Under the pieces are notes generated by a model, which was not told the DNA's origin, did not search any database, and worked only from the letters and a program-made list of their open reading frames with translations. A program made the position numbers and the translations under genes. From Octopus sinensis (Eukaryota): a stretch of 64,000 nt of DNA. The stretch spans positions 7,130,001-7,194,000 of the forward strand of contig NC_043022.1 in NCBI RefSeq assembly GCF_006345805.1, written 5' to 3'. This document shows, in pieces, positions 36,301-50,275 of this stretch (the stretch's first letter is position 1; every line of letters begins with the position of its first letter).

Positions 36301-38081
36301 GTCAATTACACTGATCTTAGTATTTGCTTAGTTCTTTATTTTATCAACCCAGATTTAGTAGATAGAACCTAAAAGAAGCTTGTTGTGTGTGTGTCCCACA
36401 TCACCACTTGACAACTGGTGTTGGTGTGTTTACATCCACATAACTTAGTGATTCAACCAAAGAGACCGGCAGAATAAGTTCTGGGATTTAAGAAGAAAAA
36501 AAAGTCTTGGGGTTGATTTGTTTCGACTAAAAGTCTTTCAAGTCTCACTCGTTCAGAAGTGCAGACATACAGAATGAGTATTTTGTAGAAAACCTAGAGG
36601 AAAGTGGGCATTTTGTGATCACTTTAATATAATGACTTTTGTCTCTTTGGATCCAACCATGGCCATCCCACTCTGTCAGAAAGAGAGACAAAAGTGAAAG
36701 ATAGAAAATGAAAGAGAAAGAAAAGGAGAAAGAGAACATACACCACCAGCTTTCCCATCGTCTTCGTCCTCCCTGTCTCTCTTCATGTGTATCGCTCATT
36801 CTCTTTTGCTCTCCATTCTACCATTCCAGAAAGGAAAACAAAGAAACACTGACAGATTTACTCCTCCATTTCAGCACCTACCTTTTCAACAGACAGTAGT
36901 AGTGTGTAGCCGAAAGGAGATTTGGTAGTTATTTCTCAAAATAAATGTTTAAAACCCCTCACCTAACCCAGTGAGTTGGCAAATAATGTGATATTGTGGG
37001 GGGTCCATTTTAGAATTTCTAAAAAGACAAGACACTCATACATCCAGACAATTCACCATTTATATAAAAGGTGCAGATGTGAGTCTCTGTTAAGATGCTT
37101 GCTTCCCAGCCATGTGATCTTGAGTTTAATCCCACCATGTAGCACCTTGGGCAAGTGTCTTCTATTATAGCCCTGAGTTCAAAGCCCTGTGAATGGATTT
37201 GGCAGATGGCAACAGAAAGAATCCTGCTGCATGTGTGTGTGTCCCCTCTATCACCACTTGACAACCAATGTTGGTGTGTTTATGTTTTTGTAACTTAGCA
37301 GTTTGGCAAAAGAGACCAATAGAATAAGTACCAGGTTTAAAAAGGTAACTACTGGGGAAATTCATTTGACAAAGTCTTCAGGGCAGTGCTCTAGCATGGC
37401 CACAGATTAATGACTAAAACAAATAAAAGCTAATACAATGAGGACATTAGACAAATGTAGTCCTAGGTAGACATGTCTGTATGTCCACAGCAATAACAAC
37501 TTTGATCATGTCAGATTGATCAGAATTAAAGTTTTTGGCATAAAAAAAGGCATTTTGCCCTGCTTTATGTTCTGAGTTCAAATACTGCTGAAGTCGACTT
37601 CACTTTTTACCCTTTCAGGATCTTATAAAGTACCAGTTGAATACTGGGGTCAATACAAATGACTTGTCCCTCCCACGAAGTTGCTGGCTTTGTGCCAAAT
37701 TTTGAAACTAATATTTAATGCAACCTATGCTAACCTAGCCATGACCATCCTAATTAGGACCACATACAACTAACCAGTCTGTCCTTTCTGTTTAAGATGG
37801 TAGGGTGGGATTTGAGAGAGACTTAGTTACTATTTCTTGCAGGAAGAGCAATTGCATAGAAGACCCACCCCAATTTTTCATAGGTACATACATTTTTACA
37901 CACACAAATACACATAGGCGCAGGAGTGGCTGTGTGGTAAGTAGCTTGCTAACCAACCACATGGTTCCGGGTTCAGTCCCACTGTGTGGCATCTTGGGCA
38001 AGTGTCTTCTGCTATAGCCCCGGGCCGACCAATGCCTTGTGAGTGGATTTGGTAGACGGAAACTGAAAGAAGCCTGTCATA

Positions 38082-38121
<40 letters not shown>

Positions 38122-38499
38122 CGTGTTTGTGTGTCTGTGTTTGTCCCCCTAGCATTGCTTGACAACCGATGCTGGTGTGTTTACGTCCCCGTCACTTAGC
38201 AGTTCGGCAAAAGAGACCGATAGAATAAGTACTGGGCTTACAAAGAATAAGTCCCGGGGTCGATTTGCTCGACTAAAGGCGGTGCTCCAGCATGGCCGCA
38301 GTCAAATGACTGAAACAAGTAAAAGAGAGAGTAAAAGAGAGTATACCAACACAGCAGCAGGACTAAAACAACAAAAACCAAACAAGAATTACATAAATAC
38401 TTGGAGGGAAATAGTGGTGGTGGTGGGACCCGGCTGATACAGGGGTCTGAACTAAATAACTTGAGGGGGAAGGAATAAAACACTGGATATAAACCAACA

Positions 38500-38562
38500 C
38501 ACACACACACACACACACGTAAGACAGCTATAACCACAGACAGAAACACACACACACGTGCG

Positions 38563-38599
<37 letters not shown>

Positions 38600-38860
38600 G
38601 TAAGACAGCTATAACCACAGACAGAAACACACACACACGTGCACACGCACACACGTGCACACGCACACACACACACACGTAAGACAGCTATAACCACAGA
38701 CAGAAACACACACACACACACACACACGTAAGACAGATATAATCACAAACAGACACACACACACACACGTGCGCACACACACACACACACGCACACACAC
38801 ACACACACACACACGTAAGACAGCTATAACCACAGACAGAAACACACACATACACACAGC
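38500..38860. repeat. Minisatellite: gtaagacagctataaccacagacagaaac units separated by (AC)n, 5 copies
   Basis: Unit starts near 38519, 38599, 38679, 38728 and 38814. Confidence 0.85.
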
Positions 38861-41584
38861 CAGCCCCTGTATGTTTTATTCTTCAGAGCAGAAACAGCTG
38901 AATACTGTAACAACATCATCATCTCCTCCAGACAGAATCTAAAATTATGGTTCCACATGTAGTTTTAGTCAGTAGTTCTTACAATAACCTGGCACTGATC
39001 TAGTGTTATTTCAAGTGATGGCAGCTGGAACACCCCGACCCTCACCCCGGAACAGTGTTCTTCCATAAACAGGTATGGCATGTGGAGACATTGAATTAGT
39101 CTATGTGCCTGTCCCTATCCATCTGTCTTTAATCATATTTAATCATGTCTGCTGAATCAGGGCTGATTGGGGCTACACAACAAACAAAAAGAACTTAACC
39201 ACAGCAATGGCCACTTGCTGAAAATAGCAACCAAATCACCCTCAGTGCACACAGTGCTGCTAGACACACTATGTCTGATGAATAGATTGGCTGGATTAGG
39301 GTTGACTTAGGAACAATTCTTCCCCCCCGTATCCCCCACCCCAACCCCCCACACAGTTCACATTTGTTATTGTTGGTGATGGTGATAATGATAGTGATGG
39401 TAGCAATTATGATAGCAGGTGAGTATTATAATGGAATTTGTATCTTTGTGGTACCAGTGCCGGTGGCACATAAGAAAACCATCCGAACATGGCCGTAGCC
39501 AGTACCGCATCGACTGGCCTCCGTGCTGTGGGCACGTAACAAACACCAACCGATCGTGGCTGTTCACCAGCCTCGTCTGGCACCTGTGTCGGTGGCATAT
39601 AAAAAACACCATCCGAGCGTGGCCGTCTGCCAGCCTCGTCTGGCACCTGTGTCGGTGGCACATAAAATCACCCACTACACTCTCGGAGTGGTTGGCATTA
39701 GGAAGGGCATCCAGCTGTAGAAACACTGCCAGATCTGACTGGCCTGGTGCAGCCTTCGGGCTCCCCAGACCCCAGTTGAACCGTCCAACCCATGCTAGCA
39801 TGGAAAGCGGACGTTAAACGATGATGATGATGATGATGATGATAATGAGCATTGTTGTAGAGGTGGTGCCAGTAGTCGTAGTAGTGAAGTTCATACAGTT
39901 CCTGGTAATTTTACTATTATCTGCAGTCTTATCGTGGTAGTAGTAGTAAGAAATTATTACTGTTATTGTTGTTGATGAGATGATGATGACAGGTTTCTCA
40001 TTATCATTGTCATTACAGTTAGCAACTCACTCTATATTCTGCATTAGCAGGCATTCTAGAAATAGTAGTCAAATTTCCCTCAGTTACACTTTCATCTTTA
40101 AAACAAGAACAGTTTGAATATAAAGCCTTATATACACTGCAGCTAAAAATATGTAGGGATGGCCATGGTTAAAAACACCGCTGATAATAGGTGTACTGGA
40201 ATTGGATCGGGACTGACCTGGTTTTTAACAGCTTCAGGTACCGACAGAGCAGCCTCTCTTGCATGGACACACAGACACACACACTCAGTTCACTGGTACA
40301 TTATTAATATGATACATCAACAGTAGCAGAGCTTCTAGATGTGGTTGCTTGACATGCTAGCAATCAAAGTTGAAATTACATCCTTCCATCTTAGAAAAAA
40401 AAGACAAGATAGGATGGTCGTGGCTGGAATGACCTTCTTTCGTAAGTCTGCTCGTCGAGCTAAACAAAAACAGCAACAAATTTTTCATTTCTCATATCAA
40501 AAGAAGTCAACAGATTTGTTAGAGAATTTAGAGGAAAATAATGGATAAAAAGGGAGAGAAAAGGGGAGAGGGAAAGGAGAGAGAGGTGGAGAATTCAGAA
40601 ATGATTGGATCAATGTCTAAATAGATAATCAATCAACTGGAACATTCTTAATCCTAACCTTGATTACAGTGGAGAAGGGAGGGGAGTTCCTGCATTGTCT
40701 CTGAGCTGAGATATTGGCTCAGTCTGATTAGGTAACCCATCCAGTCTGCACATCAACAAAGGAAGCAGAAACCTTTTATCAAACTCCAAAGAAAACCGAA
40801 TGGAAGGAGTTCTATCAAAAGACAGATTGGAACTTTCCAGAATTTCTTCCACCTTCGCCACCACACAACCACCCCCATTGTCACCAACATCGACAAAGCA
40901 ATACTTAGGAATCCAAAAGACACATCCCATAATCATCGTCATGTACCTATTTCTTTACTACCCACAAGGGGCTAAACACAGAGAGGACAAACAAGGACAG
41001 ACAAACGGATCAAGTCGATTATATCGACCCCAGTGCGTAACTGGTACTTATTTAATTGACCCCGAAAGGATGAAAGGCAAAGTCGACCTTGGCGGAATTT
41101 GAACTCAGAATGTAACGGCAGACGAAATACGGCTACACATTTCGCCTGGCCTGCTAACGCTTCTGCCAGCTCGCCGCCTCATGTACCGTACGCCTGCATG
41201 GCATCGAAGACACAAAACAAAAGCCATCCCAATGAAGATCCAGTTCTCCAGCTGTCTCTCCTCTCCAACCATCTCATCATATTCTCCATCCATTCCATTC
41301 TTTGCCTGACTCTCGACCTCCTTCCGACCCTCTCATCTTCCTTCTATTTTTTTTTTTTTTTTACTTGTTTCAGTCAGTTGACTGCGGCCATGCTGGAGCA
41401 CCGCCTTTAGTCGAGCAGCTCGACCCCGGGACTTATTCTTTGTAAGCCTAGTACTTATTCAATCGGTCTCTTTTGCCGAACCACTAAGTAACGGGGACAT
41501 AAACACACCAGCATCGGTTATCAAGCAATGCTAGGGGGACAAACACAGACACACACACATACATACATATATATATATATATAT

Positions 41585-42188
41585 AAAATGAGATAGGGGT
41601 TGAAAATTCAACCCACCATGGGATAATATATATCCAATATACTGCTAGATAGGTACCCAACAAAATTAATACATAGATGTTAAAAATTGTCAAACAATCA
41701 GTTCATCTATTGCATTATATGGGTGAAGGTAATAATATTACCGTAAATTAATACTACAAAATTAGAGAATGGAGAAATATACTTAAATCAGTAAAACATC
41801 AACTATCCGATGAAACTCAATCCATACTTTAATACACCATTACATATGAGTAAAGGCAATACATAAAATGAAATGAGATATACAGTAATAGTAAAAAGAT
41901 AAAGAGATATAAGTAAAAAATTTTCAAATATGATATAAATCAAAACTGACAGCTGTTTCGGCAGTGAGGACAGTCATACCTCATTTAACCTATAAGCCAT
42001 AAAGGCAGGTATAAATGAGGCATTTTACTTATATCTCTTTATCTTTTTACTATTACTGTATATCTCATTTCATTTTATGTATTGCCTTTACTCATATGTA
42101 ATGGTGTATTAAAGTATGGATTGAGTTTCATCGGATAGTTGATGTTTTACTGATTTAAGTATATTTCTCCATTCTCTAATTTTGTAGT

Positions 42189-42189
<1 letters not shown>
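41585..42189 (-). mobile_element. Penelope-like fold-back insertion splitting a family A SINE in its (TA)n tract
   Basis: 166-bp perfect inverted arms at 41753-41918 and 42023-42188; the spacer carries the 3' half of a hammerhead on the minus strand. Confidence 0.7.
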
Positions 42190-42222
<33 letters not shown>

Positions 42223-44349
42223 TACGACGGGCTTCTTTCAGTTTCCGTCTACCAAATCCACTCACAAGGCTTTGGTCGGCCCGAGGCTATAGTAGAAGAC
42301 ACTTGCCCAAGGTGCCACGCAGTGGGACTGAACCCGGAACCATGTGGTTGGTAAACAAGCTACTTACCACACAGCCACTCCTGCGCCTAATGTTTCCAAC
42401 ACTTCTGTTCCTTTGAATTTCGCTATAATAGACGAGCTTTTGTTTTTTTCACAATGTTAGCATTTACATCACTCTAGAAATAGCAGTTAAATCTCCCTCA
42501 CTCTATACATTATAGTCTTAAAACCTCCTTCATTCATCAACATTTCTTCATAACAAATTGACAAAACAATGAAATTTTTTTCCACACTGCCATGTCTATG
42601 ACATCCATGATAGTTGAACTTTGGTTTTTCCCAATGTCCAATTGTCATCGTCTTTCACTGACTTGTTGTAACACCCATTCATTTATCCAATGATCCTATC
42701 CTTGTAAAGGACTCGTATACACCCACATTTCAAATGCACATTTTTAATGCAACATAGAAATATACCCCCAAACTGCCACCTAAAAAAAACATCAAACAGC
42801 AAGAAATCTAAGCCACAGAAAAGAGAAAACAGGCAGATTTTTATTTCTAATTTAAAACTACAAAACTAACTGAAAAACCCTAAAAAGTTTCTCCAAAGAA
42901 CAAGTTAACAGTAAATGTCTCACACACACACACGGCAACAGTTAGCGACTAGTTCCAAAACATCAATGCAGCTGTGTAGTAATAATTTTGCTTCCCAATC
43001 ACAGTTTGGGGATTTAGTCCCACTGAATGACACCTTGAACAATTGATCACCATCACCATCACCACCACCACCACCACCACCATCACCATCATCACCATCA
43101 TCATCATCATCATCATCATCATTTAGCGTCCGTTTTCCATGCTAGCATGGGTTGGACAGTTCAACTAGGGTCTGTGAAGCTGGAAGGCTTCATCAGGCCC
43201 AGTCAGATCTGGCAGTGTTTCTATGGCTGGATGCCCTTCCTAACGCCAACCACTCCGTGAGTGTAGTGGGTGCTTTTTACGTGCCACCTGCACAGGTGCC
43301 AGACATAGCTGGGCGCAGACACCTCTGATGAGAATCCAATGGGATTTGAAAACGAAAGGGGGTTGCTTGTCACTTATTCAATCTAGGGCTCACTTTGCCC
43401 TGTTTGTATTTCAACTATGTAGGTGTGTGTGTGTGTGTGTCTGATTCTCTTCAAGGAAGATTGTCCTCCTATCCATACCAAAGTATCTACACACTCAGAA
43501 AGTGTCCACACCTTTAAAAATAAAGAATACAAATGGGGAATATTCCAATGAAAACAGCAACTCCAGTAAGAACAACAGGTGAGATATTGTGGTATGGAAT
43601 AGGGAGCAAAAGTCATGCAGCATTGTACAGCTGACTGGCAGGTGTGACTGACTCACCAAAAACTGAAGAGAAGAATATCTAAAGAAAATTAAAGAGAAAT
43701 TTGTAACAACAGAAGATTTGCACAAAAGTCTAAAAATGCTAGTGTTCTCCAAAAAAACACCAAAGAAAACTGGTTCATGTTCTCTAAAGATTAGTGGTAC
43801 AGTGAAAGTTAGCAAAATAATACAGGGATTCTCCATTTGAGGTTCCTAAACTGAACATATGCACACAATCTCATACATATATGGAATACACATGCATGTT
43901 CTTCTGTGTCCGCACTGTGACTGATCTTTTTGAGCAAGAATTGGTCTTATCAGTCACCTGCGGACTCACCAATAAATTTGCGCAAAGACCATCATCCTCG
44001 ACCTTGAGGGATTGCCATAGTAGTAGTAGTAGTAGTAGTACACATGCATACACAGTAAAGAAGCAGACTTGTGTATTAAACAGACATACACACTCACTAT
44101 ATGAGAGCAAATTTATACACACACAGACACACATACATGGACCCACACCAACCAATTCAGATATTCATAAACCCAAAGGGCTGTCTTGATTCAAACAGCC
44201 CCATCACTGCCTGGGAGCTGCTTGAATTCTGACAAGGGAGAAAACTTCAAACAGATACCAAATAAAGAAGCAAATATTGAACATTCTTGCTTTCTTTTAG
44301 GATTTCAGTTTTTCCCTTTCTTTTTACCATATGTTAACACATACATACA

Positions 44350-44575
44350 GGAGCAAAGACAGCCGAGGAGAGACGGATTCAGTCAGCAGAACAGAAACGC
44401 CAGGTGCGGAAAGCCAGAGCCACCTGCACCAATAGCACAGCCCCTACCCACTTCTGCCCCCACCTGTGGGAGGGGCTTCCTTGCCCGGATTGGCCTCGCC
44501 AGCCACCTCCGGTCTCATAGCAGCAATTCTCCCAAATGATGTCAATGGTCATCTTCGAACCCGAAGGACGAACAT
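44350..44575 (+). mobile_element. RTE/BovB-like LINE 3' end with C2H2 zinc finger
   Basis: GAKTAEERRIQSAEQKRQVRKARATCTNSTAPTHFCP/TCGRGFLARIGLASHLRSHSSNSPK* (one frameshift in a C run). Confidence 0.8.
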
Positions 44576-45032
44576 TATTACATACATCTACAGGTGCTGG
44601 CAAGACTAGGCAACCAGATGGCTTCAAGTTCAGTACCACTGTGCAGTACTCTGAGTCTACTAAAGCCCCAGGATAGTCAATATTTTGCGACTGGGTTTAG
44701 CAGACAAACTGTACAAAACCCATCATGTGTAGGTATGATGTGTATGTGTGTACAGGGTGGTCCAAAAGTCACTAGACCACTTCAAAATACAATTGTCTAG
44801 TGACTTTTGAGCAACCCAGTGCATATATATACATAATATATGTGTAGAAAATAATAAAAAGGAATTTTGTAGAATCTTCGTTCGGCTCCATTTCTTCCCT
44901 TCACTAAATATATATATATTATATATATATATATTATATATTTCCGTCCTCGTGTTGTATACATTCGAGCTTTCTTCCTGGGATCTAATGCGCTTGGCTT
45001 AGATTTCCATGGCGGGTGCCCAATCGGAGCAA

Positions 45033-45349
45033 TCAAGATTAATCAGCCGAAATTGCTAAGATGATCTGGTTCTTGACTGATGACTGAGGGCTTCGAATGT
45101 CCCGTCCTGTGTTCTTGTGTCGTCTCTGTGGTGTTTCATGTTCTTGTCCATGTCTGTAATTATTTTACTGTTTACCTATATATATATATATATTATATAT
45201 ATATATATATGATAGTTAGAAAAATACAGACTGAGACAAGAACGCATAAAAACTTAGAAGACGATACAACAAACACAGACAGGACATTCGAAGCCCTCAG
45301 TCATCAGTCAAGAACCGGATCATCGTAGTAATTTCGGCTGATTAATCTT

Positions 45350-45350
<1 letters not shown>
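45033..45350. repeat. Inverted-repeat element flanked by (TA)n; a diverged homologue lies at about 28920-29000
   Basis: tcaagattaatcagccgaaattgctaagatgatctggttcttgactgatgactgagggcttcgaatgtcc and its reverse complement at about 45287-45350. Confidence 0.7.
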
Positions 45351-45394
<44 letters not shown>

Positions 45395-46363
45395 TCATCA
45401 TCATCGTTTAACGTCCGTTCTCCATGCTAGCATGGGTTGGACGGTTCGACCGGGGATCTGGGAAGCCAGAAGGCTGCACCAGGCTCCGGTCTTATCTGGC
45501 AATGTTTCTACTGCTGGATGCCCTTCCTAACGCCAACCACTCCGTGAGTGTAGTGGGTGCTTTTTACGTGCCACCTGCATGTATATATATAAATAGCATC
45601 AGCATTATTTAATGTCTGCTTTCCATTCTGACATGGGTTGGATGTTTCAACATGGTGCTGGCTAGCAGGGAGCTGTACAGACTGCAGCTGTCTGTTGTGG
45701 AAGGATTTCTACAGATGGATGCCCTTCCTAATGCCAGCAACTTAACAGAGTATGCTGGGTGCTTATTTGTGTGCTTTCAACACAGGTGTGTTAATGAAAC
45801 ACTGACACAGGTGCTTTTTTAAGTGGCATCGACACTTGAAAGGACAAGCTTGTATGTGTGGAAGACAGGAGAGAGAGAGAGTATTTCTTTATCCACCACA
45901 AGGTTGAGAAAAAGAGGGGACAAAACAAACGTTGGGGTCAGAGTATCGAATGAGACGAAACATATGAATAAACAAACAATTAAAATATATACAATTAAAT
46001 GATAATGAGTGAATAACAAAAAATGAAGCGGAAGACGTGGTTGACCCCACAAACCACAAACTCACACTGAAGACTTTGCTTTCTCCTTTTTCACATTCTT
46101 GATTAAACAGGTTCTTTCACTCGCAACACACTTGCTATAGACTTCCATCTTTTACGAAACACACTTTGCGGCGACAGGCATTTCTTCTCCAGCCTTATTT
46201 TCCGTTTCGTGTGGAAAACGAAAAAGTCGATTAGCTCGAGACTGGAGATGAACATGCCTGTTGCAATTCCTTTCACTCTCGTCTTCCACACTACAATTCA
46301 AAATAATGTGAATACATAAGCAGAACATTTGATAGTAACCTGAATACAAAAGTGTTCTATATA

Positions 46364-46450
46364 CAGTAATCCCTCAACCATAGTGGGTGTTACATTCCCA
46401 AACCACCCAGTGATAGGTGAAAATCTGCCAAGTAGAAACAGTACTGTACT
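46364..46450 (+). mobile_element. Possible pogo/Tigger-like terminal fragment
   Basis: TA|CAGTAATCCCTC start resembles Tigger TIRs; no second end found. Confidence 0.4.
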
Positions 46451-47006
46451 GTCATCATCATCATCATCATCATTTAGCGTCCGTTCTCCATGCTAGCATG
46501 GGTTGGACAGTTCAACTGGGGTCTGTGAAGCTGGAAGGCTTCATCAGGCCCAGTCAGATTTGGCAGTGTTTCTACGGCTGGATGCCCTTCCTAACGCCAA
46601 CCACTCTGTGAGTGTAGTGGGTGCTTTTTACGTGCCACCCGCACAGGTGCCAGACAGAGCTGGCAAACGGCCACGAACGGATGGTGCTTTTACGTGTCAC
46701 CGGCACGGAGCCAGGCGAGGCTGGCAACGGACACAAACGGATGGTGCTTTTACGTGCCATTTTAAAATCATTTTTATAATTTGTATACGTTTATTTTATT
46801 ATAAATGCAAAACACCACCACAGAGGGATCGACAAAAGCTTAAATAATAAACTGTGACAGGTGAACCCTAATATGGCAAGGGATTACTGTGTGTATGCAG
46901 CGGCCTTTCAGTTTTCTAAGCTCTGTAAAAAGAAACTCCAGCCGGGTCTTTCACGATACTCTTAATGCTAGGAACTTTTCAGCCCCACCACTCATATACA
47001 CATATA

Positions 47007-48276
47007 CAGGGGTTGGACAAAATAATGGAAACACCTAGCATCATAGCATCATAATTTTGAAATATCTATAAAAACCATCAAAAGCTTGTTTATTTTTATG
47101 CTTTTTGATTTATTATTAATGTTGCTTAATATGTTTTGCTAAAATTGCTGTTTCTTTTCAGATATCATCAGAAAAAGGTAATTAAAATTCATTAAAATGA
47201 CAAATCTATCAGACTTTCAAAGAAGTCAAATTGTTGGTGCTAAAATGGCAGGCGCTAGCGTAACGAAAACAGCCGAAATGTTTGGTGTATCGAGAAGAAC
47301 TGTCTCGAAAGTAATGACAGCCTTTGAGGAAGAGGGAAAAACCTCCTTGTCGAAACAAAACTCCAGAAGAAAACCAAAACTTTCAGATAGGGACCGTCGG
47401 ACTCTTATTCAAATTGTTAGACAGGATCACAAAAGTACAGCTCCCAAAATTACGGCAGAACTTAATGACCACCCCGAGAACCCAGTTTCCACATAAACTG
47501 TTTGCTGGGAGCTGCACAAAGTAAGATTTCATTGGAGGGCTGCAATCAGAAAACTGCTACTTTCAAAAACAAACGTAAAGCGTTTAGAGTGGAGTAAAAA
47601 CTTACAGAATTGGTCCCTAGAGCAGTGGAAGAATGTTATTTTCCCAGACAAGTCATCCTTTACCTTATTTCCGACCACTGGCCAAGTATACATGTGGAGA
47701 GATCCAAAAGAAGCATTTGACCCAGACTGCCTTCTTCCAACTGTTAAACATGGAGGAGGATCTGTGATGATCTGGGAGACTATATCTTGGGAATCTGCCG
47801 ACCCAATGGTTTCCCTTCATGGCAGAACTAATAGTGAAGACTATTTAAGCATTTTATTTGATCAAATTCATCCTATGGTTGCAGAACTGTTTCTGGATGG
47901 AAACACAATCTTTCGGGATGATAATGCACCAATTCACACAGTTAAATTTGTTACTGAATGGCACGAGGAATATTCTAGTGAAGTTGAACATCTTATCTGG
48001 CCACCACACTCCCCAGATCTCAATATTATTGAACATTTATGGTGCATTTTAGAAAAACAAGTAAGGAGTCGATATCTTCCACCATCATCACTACAAGAAC
48101 TGGAGACTGTTTTAGCTGAAGAATGGACAAAAATTCCTTTGGAAACAATTCAAACTTTGTACGAGTCCATACCTCATAGGATTCAAACTGTAATTACTAC
48201 CAAAGCAGTCCTACTCCATATTAAAATAAATCTGTTTGAAATTTTAAGGTGTTTCTATTATTTTGTCCAACCCCTG
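47007..48276 (+). mobile_element. Tc1/mariner-superfamily DNA transposon, DD36E (Incomer-like), 1270 bp
   Basis: 29-bp TIRs CAGGGGTTGGACAAAATAATGGAAACACC / GGTGTTTCTATTATTTTGTCCAACCCCTG; TA on the left, TG then microsatellite on the right. Confidence 0.93.
47197..48224 (+). pseudogene. DD36E transposase pseudogene (about 342 codons)
   Basis: ORFs 47197 and 47692 are in the same frame, separated by one TAA at 47494-47496. Motifs: VIFPDK (D1), KHGGGSVMIW, DDNAPIH (D2), WPPHSPDLNIIE (E; 36 residues between D2 and E). An apparent 1-bp deletion lies just before the likely PTPY* end at 48222-48224. Confidence 0.9.
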
Positions 48277-48282
48277 TGTGTG

Positions 48283-48321
<39 letters not shown>

Positions 48322-49959
48322 ATATATATATGCAGGTTTGGTGATGCAAACAAGAAATTAGAATTTACCGATTATTGACCCATTAGCATCTAAACTATAC
48401 TTATCTAGCCAACATATTCTACAAGTTTTGTTCAAACTGGCCTCTCACACCTAGCCTCTAATGTAATTTTAAAAATCCTACAATGACGTCATTGAAATCT
48501 CAAAACTACAAGATAATGCAGGATTAATTCAAAACAATGTAAATTAATAAGTATTAGTTTTGACAGGATAATCTGAATGGTAAAGGGTTAATCTGTTGTT
48601 AAAACCTTAAATGGTTGTCCAACAAGAAGTAGGGAAGAGTTACATTAGTCAAGGACTAAACAACTTTATTGTAACAAGATGTGGGACAGACAACAGTTAG
48701 AGGAGGAGAACTAATGGTGTGGTTGTTACAAGGATAGTGTGTGGTTAATGAGTGAGGCCAGGTAGCAGGGAAAGATGAAGGATAACAGAGTCAACTACTG
48801 AGGCAGGGGTGAAGTCTGGATAAGCAAATGGTGAACGAAGACATTGATGTGTGTGTGTGAATGAGAGAGCAGATGTGAGTGTGTGTGTGTTTGGAGAATA
48901 ACTGAGAACAACAGTTGGAATGAGTTAGTTCAACATGACTAAGTAAAGGACTCAGAAGGAAGGAATTCCACAAAGACAACATTGACAGGGGGGTGGGGAG
49001 GGGGGGTGCAACGACTATCATTTTGAGAGGATGTTGATACAGAGGGCGTGTAGAAGATGATGAGGATACTTGTAACGATGATGATGACGACGATGATAAA
49101 GAAAAAATATGTTAATGATAAGGATGCTGATAACGATATGTTGATGGTGATGATGATGATGGTAATGATTCTACCCAAAGATTCTAATTCAATAATGGAG
49201 TAATTATTGAAATGAAACTTCAGAACTGTTGTTGTCGTTGCTGGTGGGTCAGATATTGTGATGATGGTGTGGTGCTAGTAGTCATGATAAGTTTACAGTC
49301 ATCAGGGCAACCAGTCAGGTAAGAACAAAACCCAGCTGTTTCAGTTATTTCGGGGTAACATTTCCTACTATTTCTGTGGTAATTGGGGCGTGGTCTGGCA
49401 GTGGTGGAACGGGAAAGCAGATGGGTTGCTATTAGCAACAAATTTAAAGGAAATATTAGCAATTCAATAATTTCTCACACATATACACAGTTTAAAAAAC
49501 AAATAAAATTCCAGAGAGAGAGAATGTATGGGGGGGGGGTGCATGGTTTGATTTGTTTCATCTTTTACCTGTTTTAGTCATCTGACTGTGGCATTACCTT
49601 TAAGGGTATTAGTTGAACAAATCGACTCTTATTCTAGTACTTATTCTATTGGTGTCTTTTACCAAACTGCTAAGTTACAGGACTTAAACACTACTTGTTA
49701 AGCAGTGGTGGAGGACAAACACAGACACAAAGACACACACACACATATATTTAGATAGATGGATAGATAGATACGATGGGCTTCTTTCAGTTTCTGTCAA
49801 TCAAATCCACCAACAAGGCTTTGGTTGGTTCCAAGACTATAGCAGAAAACACTTGCCTAAGATGCCATGCAGTGGGACTGAACCCAGAGCCATGTGATTA
49901 GGAAGCAAGCTTCTTACTGCACAGCCACATTTGAAAGTAAAAACAAGAAGACAGTCTGA

Positions 49960-50275
49960 TGGAGGGAGAGAGAGAGAGAGAGAGAGAGAAAGATAGAGAG
50001 AGAAAGAGAGAAAGAGAGAGAGAAAGAGAGAAGGGGAGAGGGAGAGAGAGGGAGAAAGAGAGAGGAGAGAGAGAAAAGATAGATATAGATAAGATAGAGA
50101 GAGAGAAAGAGAGATAGAAAGAGAGAAATAGAGAAAGTAGAGAGAGAGAGAGAAAGAGAGAGGGGGAGAGAGAAGAAAGAGAGAGAGAGGAAGAAAGAGA
50201 GAGAGAGAGAAAAGAGAGGAGAGAGAGAAAGAGAGAGAGGAGATTGATAGAGAGATAGAGAAAGAGAAATGAATA
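49960..50275. repeat. Degenerate (GA)n polypurine tract
   Basis: About 315 bp of almost only A and G on the + strand. Confidence 0.95.

Noticed and set aside
45040-45100. Hammerhead in the 45-kb inverted repeat (GAAA and CTGATGA both present)
   Set aside because: I could not place stems I-III with an NUH site adjacent to the core; kept only as a conserved-word observation.
49220-49462. 80-aa minus-strand ORF with a hydrophobic start and Q-rich end
   Set aside because: No recognisable motif and no suitable phase-2 donor found; partly trinucleotide-repeat derived.
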